Assembly: GCA_016188705.1 (NCBI GenBank)
Contig: JACPHH010000016.1
Location: 21,690-85,689 of the forward strand
Reading direction: 5' to 3'
Length of the DNA: 64,000 bases
Source of the DNA: Candidatus Peregrinibacteria bacterium
Lineage (GTDB): Bacteria > Patescibacteriota > Gracilibacteria > UBA1369 > JACRIC01
Below are positions 18,564 to 28,404 of the stretch, piece after piece. Each line of letters opens with the position of its first letter. Position 1 is the first letter of the stretch. The position numbers and the translations under genes were made by a program. A model generated the notes under the pieces. The model ran no database searches. It saw only the letters and a list, made by a program, of their open reading frames with translations, and was not told the DNA's origin.

Positions 18564-19625
18564 TTAAGTTCGTAAAGCAATACGAAGAAGATCAGGATCA
18601 TGAGACTTAGAAAACGCCATATCTTCGGTAATAACCCCAGCCTTGCAAAGACGCGCAAGGGAATCATCAAGAGTATACATGCCTTCAGCTCTCCCAATCT
18701 GTATCATTGAATAAATTTGATGAATATTTGATTCTTTAATAAGATTTCGAATCGCATCATTCACAACCATAATTTCAAAGGCCACAATTCTTCCCTGCCC
18801 ATTCGCCCGAGGAAGAATGGTTTGAGAAATAACGGCTTGAAGTGAAAGAGAAAGCTGGGTGCGAATTTGCTGTTGCTGCTCAGCGGGAAAAACATCAATA
18901 ATGCGATGAATCGTCTGTGGCGCGTCGGAAGTATGAAGTGTAGAAAGCACCAAATGACCGGATTCCGCGAGAGTCATAGCCGTCCCAATAGTTTCAAGAT
19001 CACGCATTTCACCAACCATAATGATATCCGGATCCTGACGAAGCGATGAACGGATAGCGTCGGCAAAAGAATGCGTGTGATAGGTAACTTCGCGTTGAGT
19101 AATAAAGGCTTTCTTGGAAGAAAAAATAAATTCAATAGGATCTTCAATGGTAAGAATGTGGCAACGCCTCCGAGCATTCACAAAATCGATCATCGACGCG
19201 AGAGTTGTGGATTTACCGCTTCCCGTAGGTCCTGTAACAAGGATAAGCCCTCGAGCTTTCATGGCGAGAGTATGAACAATCGTCGGAAGCATCAATTCCT
19301 CGGGAGTGGGAATAATCGAAGGAATAGAACGAAGGGCAAGCGCGGGACCATCTTTTTCAAAAAAAAGATTAATGCGAAAACGTCCAATACCCTCAACGCC
19401 ATAAGAAAAATCCACTTCATAATCTTTTTCAAATCGTTCATATTTTTCCGTGCTCGCTATAGATTTAGCAAGTTCCATAATGTCTTTTTTCGTAATATTG
19501 GGAAGCCCGTCAACAGGATAAAGATCACCATTGACGAGTCGAACAAACGGAGGATGCCCAACCTTCAAATGAAGATCCGGGGCTTTATGTTCAATGAGCT
19601 TTTTAAGAAGACTATTGATGTCCAT
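18564..19625 (-). CDS. pilT: type IV pilus retraction ATPase PilT (paralog 1)
   Basis: 353 aa. Walker A GPTGSGKSTT, ILTIEDPIEF, Asp/His boxes (IMVGEMRDLETI, TGHLVLSTLHT) and an AIRNLI-type motif. Confidence 0.9.
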   Translation of the reverse strand: MDINSLLKKLIEHKAPDLHLKVGHPPFVRLVNGDLYPVDGLPNITKKDIMELAKSIASTEKYERFEKDYEVDFSYGVEGIGRFRINLFFEKDGPALALRSIPSIIPTPEELMLPTIVHTLAMKARGLILVTGPTGSGKSTTLASMIDFVNARRRCHILTIEDPIEFIFSSKKAFITQREVTYHTHSFADAIRSSLRQDPDIIMVGEMRDLETIGTAMTLAESGHLVLSTLHTSDAPQTIHRIIDVFPAEQQQQIRTQLSLSLQAVISQTILPRANGQGRIVAFEIMVVNDAIRNLIKESNIHQIYSMIQIGRAEGMYTLDDSLARLCKAGVITEDMAFSKSHDPDLLRIALRT

Positions 19626-19708
19626 GAATACAATTTCAAAATATTCATACTATTATAGCAAAAAAAACCTCTTTTCTCAAGAAAAAAGGACGTATTTACC
19701 CCATTGCT

Positions 19709-19775
19709 TTAAAAAAGGCCTTGCAAACTATTTTTAAGTCCATAATGAGGACAAAAAATATCTTTGCAAGGCCTT
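19709..19775 (-). terminator. probable intrinsic terminator downstream of groEL
   Basis: A perfect 13-bp inverted repeat, AAGGCCTTGCAAA (19715-19727) and TTTGCAAGGCCTT (19763-19775), is followed on the minus strand by TTTTTT. The 35-nt loop is unusually large. Confidence 0.5.
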
Positions 19776-19869
19776 AAAACATATCCACAAATATTTTTTT
19801 ACTGCAACGCGTTACCGCAATACTCAAATTTTGTTTTTACTTATGAACAAACTCTTAATCTCTCCTACA

Positions 19870-21534
<1,665 letters not shown>

Positions 21535-21594
21535 TTATGTCGTCTTACTTTCGTTGACGAGAAAACCAACGATAGCAAAACGATAAAAAAAAAC

Positions 21595-21912
21595 CTACTC
21601 AAGAACAGCAAGTACATCAGATTCATCAAGAATGAGAATTTCCTTGCCGTCGATTTTGACTTCCGTGGGGCCATATTTTGTAAAAAGAATGGTATCGCCT
21701 TCTTTAACGCTCATCGGAAGGCGTTTACCGTCATCCGATAATTTTCCTGGACCAACGGCCATAACTTTCCCTTTTTGAGGCTTTTCTTTGGAAGCAGTAT
21801 CAGGAATCACAATCCCCGAAACCGTTTTTGATTCGTCTTCAAGAGCTTCAACAACGAGACGATTTCCCAAAGGGTGTATTTTTTGCCCTGCAGAATCAGT
21901 CTTTTGAGACAT
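21595..21912 (-). CDS. groS: co-chaperonin GroES
   Basis: 105 aa. [14 protein letters not shown]...[24 protein letters not shown] pattern. Confidence 0.95.
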   Translation of the reverse strand: [105 protein letters not shown]

Positions 21913-21959
21913 AATTATAAAAAATTAAAAAATAAATGGAAGAAAAAAACGCTTACAAT

Positions 21960-21986
21960 TTAGCACTCAAAATTTCACAGTGCTAA
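21960..21986. promoter_or_regulatory. CIRCE operator (HrcA binding site) in the groES leader
   Basis: TTAGCACTC-AAAATTTCA-CAGTGCTAA has one mismatch to the consensus TTAGCACTC-N9-GAGTGCTAA. It lies between the putative promoter and groES. Confidence 0.85.
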
Positions 21987-21989
21987 TGC

Positions 21990-22017
21990 AATATAACAAA
22001 TCTCAGAAAAGCGTCAA
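21990..22017 (-). promoter_or_regulatory. putative sigma-70-type groESL promoter
   Basis: Minus strand reads TTGACG, a 16-nt spacer, then TATATT, immediately upstream of CIRCE. Confidence 0.5.
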
Positions 22018-22165
22018 GATTTTAAAAAAAGAAATGAAAATTGAATATTGCAAAAAAACAAAAATATTATTAAATAAACATTAATTCAACTTAGGAAACA
22101 TCTAAAAAATATGATTTCATTACAAAATTTGCATATTTTGTGCGAAAATTTTAAACCGCGACGAT

Positions 22166-22203
22166 TAAGGAACCTCTGAAAAACACAATTCAGAGGGTCA
22201 TTA
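22166..22203. repeat. motif-A inverted pair forming a hairpin immediately after the rny stop
   Basis: Plus strand reads TTAAGGAACCTCTGAAAAACACAATTCAGAGGGTC. The stem is CCTCTGAA/TTCAGAGG, 8 bp (22174-22197). The minus strand reads TAAGACCCTCTGAA from the rny stop codon. Confidence 0.6.
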
Positions 22204-23727
22204 GCTCGCAAATTCTTCGACTCGGGTTTCTCTCACGACTTCTACTTTAATTTGACCAGGATAGACAAGGTCTGTTTCAATCTTTTTAGCTATATTATGA
22301 GCGAGTTTAAAAGCCTCCAAATCATCAATTTTCTCAGGTTCCACAAAAATACGAACTTCTCTTCCTGCTTGAATGGCATAAGCTCGTTTCACTCCATCAA
22401 ATGAACTTGCGACATTTTCCAATTCTTCCAAACGTTTAATAAAATTATCCAAATTATCTTGGGTAGCGCCCGGTCTCGCATTAGAAATAATATTCGCGGC
22501 CTGCACAATTTTCGCCTCGATACTCTCAGGCTCAATCTCATCATGATGCGCTTCCACGCAATGAATAATCTCTTTCGATATGCCAAATTTTTTCAAAATA
22601 TCACGTCCAATAGCAGCATGCGGCCCTTGAATTTCATGATCAACCGCTTTTCCGATATCATGCAAAAGACCGGCGCGGCGGCATATATTTACATCAGCGC
22701 CGAGTTCCGAAGCAAGTGAAGCCGCTAAAAATGAAACTTCCATAGAATGCTTCAAAACATTCTGTCCAAAGCTCACGCGAAATTTCAATCTTCCTAAAAG
22801 TTTTACAAGATTCGGATGAAAACCTGCGACGCCTGTATCATAAACGGCTTTTTCGCCCCATTCCTGAATAAGAATATTCACCTCTTCTTTGGTTTTTTCT
22901 ACGGTTTCCTCAATGCGTGCCGGATGAATACGCCCATCTGTAAGCAGCTTTTCAAGCGCCACTTTGGCAATATAACGTCTCACAAGATCAAAACCTGAAA
23001 TAACAATGGATCCAGGAGTATCATCAACAATCACGTCAATACCTGTAATCTGCTCAAAAGTATTAATATTTCGACCTTCTCTTCCGATAATACGACCTTT
23101 CATTTCATCACCAGGAAGCGTCACGATTGTTGCCGTTGTTTCCTGAGCCGTTTCAGCGGCATATTTTTGAATAGCCTCGGCAATAATATTTTTCGCGCGA
23201 TCCTTCGCTTCCTCTTGAACTTCTTGTTCCGCTTTTTTCATATGCTGTAAAATCTCACGCTTCGACTCTTCTTCCACCTTTTTTATAAGAAGCTGTTTAG
23301 CATCTTCTTTAGAAAGAGCGGCAATTTCTTCCAACTGATGTTTTTGAACATCAACCATATCCTGCACCTGCGCTTTTAATTGTTTAACCGATTCGACTTT
23401 TTTCTCAAGTTCTTCGCGCTGTTTTTCACTTTCTTCAATTTTTTTATCAAGCGTTTCTTCCTTTTTCACCAAACGCTCTTCCATGACGCTCAACTGCCGA
23501 CGGCGTTCAATTTCTTCACGCTTTGCGTCCTCCTGAATTTTAAGAGCCTCATTTTTGGCTTCCAAAAACATTTCTTTTGATTTGGCATTTGCTTCCTGCA
23601 AAATGCGACGATGTTCTTCTTCCAATTCTTCTCGACGTTTTTTAAGAACTCCGGTGCGGATAAAATATCCCGCCACCGAACCGCTTGCAAGCGCCGCAAG
23701 AATAAGAATGATTGTAAGAGTATCCAT
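22201..23727 (-). CDS. rny: ribonuclease Y
   Basis: 508 aa. N-terminal TM helix, a long coiled coil, a KH domain (GRIIGREGRNI) and an HD domain (LLHDIGKA...EAHH). Confidence 0.95.
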   Translation of the reverse strand: MDTLTIILILAALASGSVAGYFIRTGVLKKRREELEEEHRRILQEANAKSKEMFLEAKNEALKIQEDAKREEIERRRQLSVMEERLVKKEETLDKKIEESEKQREELEKKVESVKQLKAQVQDMVDVQKHQLEEIAALSKEDAKQLLIKKVEEESKREILQHMKKAEQEVQEEAKDRAKNIIAEAIQKYAAETAQETTATIVTLPGDEMKGRIIGREGRNINTFEQITGIDVIVDDTPGSIVISGFDLVRRYIAKVALEKLLTDGRIHPARIEETVEKTKEEVNILIQEWGEKAVYDTGVAGFHPNLVKLLGRLKFRVSFGQNVLKHSMEVSFLAASLASELGADVNICRRAGLLHDIGKAVDHEIQGPHAAIGRDILKKFGISKEIIHCVEAHHDEIEPESIEAKIVQAANIISNARPGATQDNLDNFIKRLEELENVASSFDGVKRAYAIQAGREVRIFVEPEKIDDLEAFKLAHNIAKKIETDLVYPGQIKVEVVRETRVEEFAS

Positions 23728-23995
23728 AAAAAAAACGTAAGGGGTTTATCCTTCGTTTTATAGCTTTTTTGACACATGTATCCCCTGAGGTTTCAGGACA
23801 GCGATGAACACCAAAGGAAAAAAATAATCCGAAATAAAAGAAGAGGAATACAAAATGACCTCGTAAATAAAAGCTAAAAAAACGTAAAGATCGACCATAA
23901 GATTAAAGGAGAAATAAAAAAATGTCAATCAGCAATAATTCGGCTACAAATAAAGAAAAAAACATAATTTCTTCAGTTATTTTAGCTTCAAAAAC

Positions 23996-24032
23996 GGATC
24001 ATGCGCATATTACTTTGAAAAAAAGTATGATC
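23996..24032. mobile_element. 37-bp internally deleted derivative (two termini only) of the MITE-like element
   Basis: GGATCATGCGCATATTACTTTGAAAAAAAGTATGATCC is the left terminus joined to the right terminus of the family. It is flanked by AAAAAC on both sides. Confidence 0.55.
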
Positions 24033-24092
24033 CAAAAACCATTTGATTTGCATTTTAGATTTTTTTTAAAAATTTTTGAAATAGTAAAATAT

Positions 24093-24317
24093 GGATCATA
24101 CGCTTTTTCCTTTGAAAAAAAATACATATCGCTGGGAGGCGGGGGCTCGTCCCTCGGATACTCGGCTGGATCAAAAAGGACGAAAATTCGCTAAAAATGC
24201 TATCGGCTACACATTTTTTAACGCTCATTTTCGCCTCTTTTTGAAAACCAGCCTGCGTAACTCGCTCCGAACCCCCGTCTCCCAGCATATGTTTTCAAAG
24301 AAATTTGCGTATGATCC
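24093..24317 (-). mobile_element. MITE-like palindromic element, copy 2 (inverted relative to copies 1 and 3)
   Basis: The reverse complement aligns end to end with 14308-14527 and 39596-39809. Termini are GGATCATACGC...GCGTATGATCC. Flanks GTAAAAT / GTAAAAAT are imperfect direct repeats. Confidence 0.7.
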
Positions 24318-24361
24318 GTAAAAATCTAAATAGATCCTAATTTTATTTACATTTCAAGAAA

Positions 24362-25498
24362 ATGAATTCTAAAAACTTATCCATAACTCTTAAACACATT
24401 TTTCAAAAATTCTTGAGTATTATTTTTATCATTTTCACTGTGTTTTTTTTGTCGTATTACAAAAATGCAGTACTCAAAACATCCGCGATTGTTCATCAAA
24501 GGTACATCGTAAAAAAAAATACGCATATTTTAAAAAACATCACTCCTAAAAACAACATACCTGAAAAAACCAATCCTAAAACAGAAAAAAAAAAAAAATA
24601 ATCATAAAAAAAAAACAACAACAAAAAATCCACAAAAAAAAAAAATACAAAGAAAAAAAACAACAACAAATCGAAAACTCAAAAAAAAACCACGCAAATA
24701 GCTAAAAATGGAGATCTTTCGAACAAAATTTTTATAACGGAAATTTTTCCAAATCCGCCAGGTCCGGACACAGAAGAAGAATGGATCGAACTTTTTAACG
24801 CGGGAGACACAAAAATATCTCTCGGAAACTGGACTCTCGACGACAGCGAAGGCGGAAGCAAACCATACTCTTTTCCATTTACTACCATCATAAAACCTCA
24901 GGAATATCTTGTTATTTCAAGAAATATCTCGAAAATAGCGCTTAACAATAATCAAGAAAGCGTGCGACTCTTCGACTTTAAAAAAAATACAATAAACGAA
25001 ATCGAATATGAAGAATCCAAAGAAAACGCTTCCTTTTCACGAATTCATATATCTTCAACGGATGAAATCTGGGAATGGACAAACGACATTACCAAAGGAA
25101 AAAAAAATCCACAGTACGAAATATTTACGGGAAATATCCAACAATTTCAAAAAAACCCCTCAAATCCGGAACAAAACGAATTATTATTACAAACCAGTAT
25201 AGAAAAAATTGCGATATTTGTTTCCGACAGCATCGTTGAAACGGCTTTAGCGAAAACACTTTTCGTGCCGGAAACGAAAATAAAAATCATAGCGCAAGAA
25301 AAAAACCAAGGAAATTACGAATTAAAAAGCTTCGAAATACTCAAAAAAGCTCCTCCTCAAAAACAAAAAACGAGTACAGCCGCGACTCTTATAAAATGGA
25401 CTCTGCTTCTACTCGCAGGAGGAATATGTTTGAAAAAAATATGGTTTAAAAATAATCTTTGGGAAAAAATAAAAGCCTCTGTTATTTCAAAAAAATAA
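24362..25498 (+). pseudogene. TM-anchored Lys/Asn-rich linker plus lamin-tail-domain (LTD) protein, interrupted by two in-frame TAA codons
   Basis: ORF 24362..24601 (TM helix) and the LTD-coding segment (ITEIFPNPPGPDTEEEWIELFNAGDTKISLGNWTLDDSEGG...) are in the same frame. They are separated only by TAA at 24599 and TAA at 24605, inside A14/A10 tracts. The LTD part has no ATG/GTG/TTG start before 24962. Confidence 0.5.
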
Positions 25499-25541
25499 AT
25501 AGTATTATTCATGAGGTTCCTTTTCCTATACTTATTTTACT

Positions 25542-26537
25542 ATGTCGGCTGAAAAAATATATGATGTCATTATTGTCGGAGGAGGCGTGGCAGGACTTGG
25601 CGCCGCGGTTTATACGCGAAGATTCGGCCTCAAAACTCTCATACTTGCCGAACTTCCCGGAGGAACGATCACCCAAACGCATCTCGTTGAAAATTATCCG
25701 GGTTTCGTACGTCTTTCAGGTCAAGAACTCGCGGATCATTTTATTGAACACGCCAAAAGCGTCGGAACGGAAATAAAAGCAGAAAAAGTAAAAGAAATAA
25801 CGCGTGAGAAAGATAGTCTCTTCTTGGTAAAAACCGCGGAGGAACAATTTTTCTCTCGAACGATTCTTTTCGCGACGGGAACGCATCACAAACGACTGGA
25901 AATTCCAAGCGTCATTGCTTTTGAAAATAAAGGGGTTTCATACTGCGCCACTTGTGACGGACCTTTATTTAAAGGAAAAACTCTCGCGGTGGTCGGCGCA
26001 GGCGATTCAGCCACGAAAGAAGCTCTTCTGCTCACGGAATTCGGCACGAAAGTATATATTATTGTGCGGGGTGACGACATTCATCCGGAACCAATAAATA
26101 AAGTTCGGGCGGATCAAAATCCAAAAATTGAAATTATTCGACGGGCAAAGGTTATTGAAGCTCGCGGATCAAAATTTTTAGAAGAAATCATCCTCGATAC
26201 AGGTCAAACACTCGCGGTACAAGGTCTTTTTATAGAAATCGGCCGAATTCCGCAAACCGAACTCGTAAAAAATCTCGAAGTCGAACTCAACGAACTAAAA
26301 GAAATTAAAATAGATCGAAAATCTCGAACGAATATTGAAGGATTTTTCGCCGCCGGCGACGTGACGGATACCGAATGGAAACAAGCAATCACCGGAGTCG
26401 GCGAGGGAGCGCAAGCCGCCAACAGCATCTACGAATATTTAATGCGAAAAAATACATTTCGGGGGGAAGGATTCGAACCCTCACTCCATGGTTCAGAGCC
26501 ATGTATCCTACCTTTAGATGACCCCCGATCAATATAA
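25542..26537 (+). CDS. trxB: thioredoxin-disulfide reductase
   Basis: GGGVAGLGAAVY FAD site, CATCDG redox centre, VVGAGDSA NADPH site and FAAGDV. The last ~27 codons read through the antisense tRNA-Gln gene. Confidence 0.9.
   Translation: MSAEKIYDVIIVGGGVAGLGAAVYTRRFGLKTLILAELPGGTITQTHLVENYPGFVRLSGQELADHFIEHAKSVGTEIKAEKVKEITREKDSLFLVKTAEEQFFSRTILFATGTHHKRLEIPSVIAFENKGVSYCATCDGPLFKGKTLAVVGAGDSATKEALLLTEFGTKVYIIVRGDDIHPEPINKVRADQNPKIEIIRRAKVIEARGSKFLEEIILDTGQTLAVQGLFIEIGRIPQTELVKNLEVELNELKEIKIDRKSRTNIEGFFAAGDVTDTEWKQAITGVGEGAQAANSIYEYLMRKNTFRGEGFEPSLHGSEPCILPLDDPRSI
26458..26528 (-). tRNA. tRNA-Gln (anticodon CUG)
   Basis: Hand-folded cloverleaf. Acceptor TCGGGGG/CCCCCGA, D stem ATCT/GGAT, anticodon stem CATGG/CCATG with loop CTCTGAA, T arm GAGGG-TTCGAAT-CCTTC. 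No encoded CCA. Confidence 0.85.
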
Positions 26538-26574
26538 TCTAATATTTTTGTCAATGACTTAAAAAAACCCCTAT

Positions 26575-27165
26575 TTAAGCCTCCTTTTCAATAATTTTTT
26601 CAATTTCTTCGACCATTTCTTGTATCTTTCCTTCAAAACTATGCACAATATAATCACAATTCCCCGCGTCTTGCATCTCTTTTTTATAACTTTCCTCACG
26701 TCGTTTCAGTTCTTCATCGCTTTCATGATGACGCCGTTGAATGCGTTTCCTTAAAACTTCCCACGAAGGAGTGGTAAGAAAAACCGTAACAATGTGTCCA
26801 GATGGAATAATTTTTTTTAATGAATGCATTCCCTGAACATCCACTTCACGAACAAGTATTTTTCCATGAGCCAACGCGTCTTCAATCGGTTGTTTCAATG
26901 TGCCATAAAAATGTTCATTGTGAACTTTGGCCCATTCAAGAAAATCTCCTCGTTTCATGCGCCGTTCAAATGCTTCTCTTGAAATAAAATGATACACTTC
27001 TCCATCTTGCTCCATCGGACGCGGAGCACGAGTGGTGCATGAAACAGGAAACACATAATCATGATGCCGTTTTTTTAAATACTGAATAACGACGCCTTTC
27101 CCCGAACCCGATGGCCCAAGAATGAGAATAAGTTTTCCTGGATAAATTGACTTAATATTTAAAAT
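26575..27165 (-). CDS. gmk: guanylate kinase (start codon uncertain, probably non-canonical)
   Basis: The track ORF starts at a GTG that would remove the P-loop. Own upstream translation gives ...IKSIYPGKLILILGPSGSGKGVVIQYLKKRHHDYVFPVSCTTRAPR. The reading frame opens at 27174 and holds only ATT (27165, 27156) as possible initiators. Confidence 0.8.
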   Translation of the reverse strand: MLNIKSIYPGKLILILGPSGSGKGVVIQYLKKRHHDYVFPVSCTTRAPRPMEQDGEVYHFISREAFERRMKRGDFLEWAKVHNEHFYGTLKQPIEDALAHGKILVREVDVQGMHSLKKIIPSGHIVTVFLTTPSWEVLRKRIQRRHHESDEELKRREESYKKEMQDAGNCDYIVHSFEGKIQEMVEEIEKIIEKEA

Positions 27166-27213
27166 ATTGTATAATTAAATAATTTCCTTTCAAAAAAATG
27201 GCACCGCAAAAAA

Positions 27214-27222
27214 ATTATAACA
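27214..27222 (-). promoter_or_regulatory. extended -10 element (TGTTATAAT) upstream of gmk
   Basis: The minus strand reads TGTTATAAT about 50 nt upstream of the gmk reading-frame opening. Confidence 0.4.
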
Positions 27223-27255
27223 GAAAAAAGGATAATTGAAATGACATATAAACTC

Positions 27256-27264
27256 TGTTATAAT
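27256..27264 (+). promoter_or_regulatory. extended -10 element (TGTTATAAT) pointing into the gene-free region
   Basis: TGTTATAAT on the plus strand, divergent from the gmk promoter. No ORF of 60 aa or more follows on either strand. Confidence 0.35.
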
Positions 27265-27269
27265 GGTGA

Positions 27270-27800
27270 GATTCGAAACGGAAGGAAAAAAAAGTTCTTT
27301 GAAAACAAAAAATCCCTACCAAAAAAGTAGGGAGCGAAAAAGGGGTTTAAAAAAAACCTCTAAAAAGCTCCTTGTTCCCTCCCTACTTTTCGAATCAGGC
27401 TTAAGGCCCTAAACTACCCTAAGCCTCCTTCCCAAGGTAGCCTCCCATCAATAAATCGATCGGGATGGCGAAAAAAAACAAAAATAAATGGAAAAAAAAT
27501 TCCTTTATTGGAAATCAAAAAACAAAAACACATAGACCGATGGTGATAAACGGTTCAATAAATTCACCAAAGAACGGTAGGGATGTAATTGACAGGAGAT
27601 TTTAGGGCCAAACCTGTCATGTACCGCTCTTTTTGACCCTGTTTTGACCTCTGTGAAAATAACATACACAGATTAGGACAATTCATTCAAAAGAGCAATA
27701 TGCAGGGCGTTTACTCCACCTCTGAGCATTATCCTTTTACGGATCTCTCATTGTGCAAATCGAGTAAACGCTCTGATTAAATTTCAAAAATCTCGCTTTA
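27270..27800 (+). ncRNA. candidate structured non-coding RNA(s), class not recognised
   Basis: Gene-free stretch with nested helices. GATTCGAAA(27270)/TTTTCGAATC(27387). GTAGGGAG (27327) can pair with either CCCTAC (27314) or CTCCCTAC (27379). CGGTA-GACAGG...CCTGTC-TACCG (27575-27626). GCGTTTACTC/GAGTAAACGC (27707/27762). No tmRNA, RNase P, SRP or 6S signature was seen. Confidence 0.25.
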
Positions 27801-27804
27801 ATAA

Positions 27805-27861
27805 TCTGTTTTTCAGGATGTCCCTAGGCAGTGTTCACATAAAATTTTCAGAGGCTTCTTA
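27805..27861 (-). repeat. composite repeat after the ssb stop: motif A, motif B, motif A
   Basis: The minus strand reads TAAGAAGCCTCTGAAAATTTTATGTGAACACTGCCTAGGGACATCCTGAAAAACAG, starting at the ssb stop codon (27859-27861). Confidence 0.65.
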
Positions 27862-28404
27862 AAAAGGCAAATCATCAATCGCGACATCTTCTTCAATGGG
27901 ACCGGATTTTTTTTCCGAATCAAAAGTAAAATCATCCGCGCCCGCTGTTTTGTCATTCATGGATTCCGAAGGCAGAGGATGAAGACCACCTTGTGAACGC
28001 TCTTCCATGGAAGAAACTTTCGCCATGGCAGGAGCATAAGAACCACTCACGTCTTCACCCATGGAAACTCCTTTGCGATCTAGCATAATAATATTGTCCG
28101 CGATAATTTCAGTTCGATAGCGTTTTACCCCGTCTTCACCCTGCCAATCATGCGTCTGAAGTCGGCCTTCGACATAAACCTTACTCCCCTTTCTCATGTA
28201 CTGACCGCAAATTTCCGCGAGCCTTCTCCACGCAACGATATTATGAAATTCGACCTTTGTCTGTTTCTGGCCTGCCTGATCGGTCCAGACAAAATTCGTG
28301 GCAACTCCAAAAGAAGCCACGCTTTGACCGCTCGGAGTTTGCTTGACTTCGGGATCACGCGTAAGATTTCCGATAATCTGCGCGCGATTTAATGACATTG
28401 CCAT
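27859..28404 (-). CDS. ssb: single-stranded DNA-binding protein
   Basis: OB-fold N-terminus (LNRAQIIGNLTRDPEVKQTPSGQSVASFGVATN...FHNIVAWRRLAE), a disordered linker and the acidic tip DDLPF. Confidence 0.93.
   Translation of the reverse strand: MAMSLNRAQIIGNLTRDPEVKQTPSGQSVASFGVATNFVWTDQAGQKQTKVEFHNIVAWRRLAEICGQYMRKGSKVYVEGRLQTHDWQGEDGVKRYRTEIIADNIIMLDRKGVSMGEDVSGSYAPAMAKVSSMEERSQGGLHPLPSESMNDKTAGADDFTFDSEKKSGPIEEDVAIDDLPF

Noticed and set aside
19781-19789. Isolated near-consensus DnaA box ATATCCACA between groEL and pilT.
   Set aside because: It is a single copy with one mismatch, adjacent to the groEL terminator hairpin. There are no additional boxes or DUE-like AT-rich repeats nearby.
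24600-24700. Possible CRISPR array or tandem repeat in the A-rich region (AAAACAACAACAAA occurs twice).
   Set aside because: This is low-complexity poly-A/CAA sequence that translates as a Lys/Asn linker in frame with the flanking ORFs. It has no regular repeat-spacer periodicity. No CRISPR-like array was seen anywhere in the window.
27170-27858. The gene-free region as tmRNA, RNase P RNA, SRP RNA or 6S RNA.
   Set aside because: No tRNA-like acceptor/T-arm end with CCA. No GGAAAGTCC/ACAGAA P4 elements. No GGAA-tetraloop SRP domain IV consensus. No obvious 6S central bubble architecture. The region is kept only as an unclassified ncRNA candidate.
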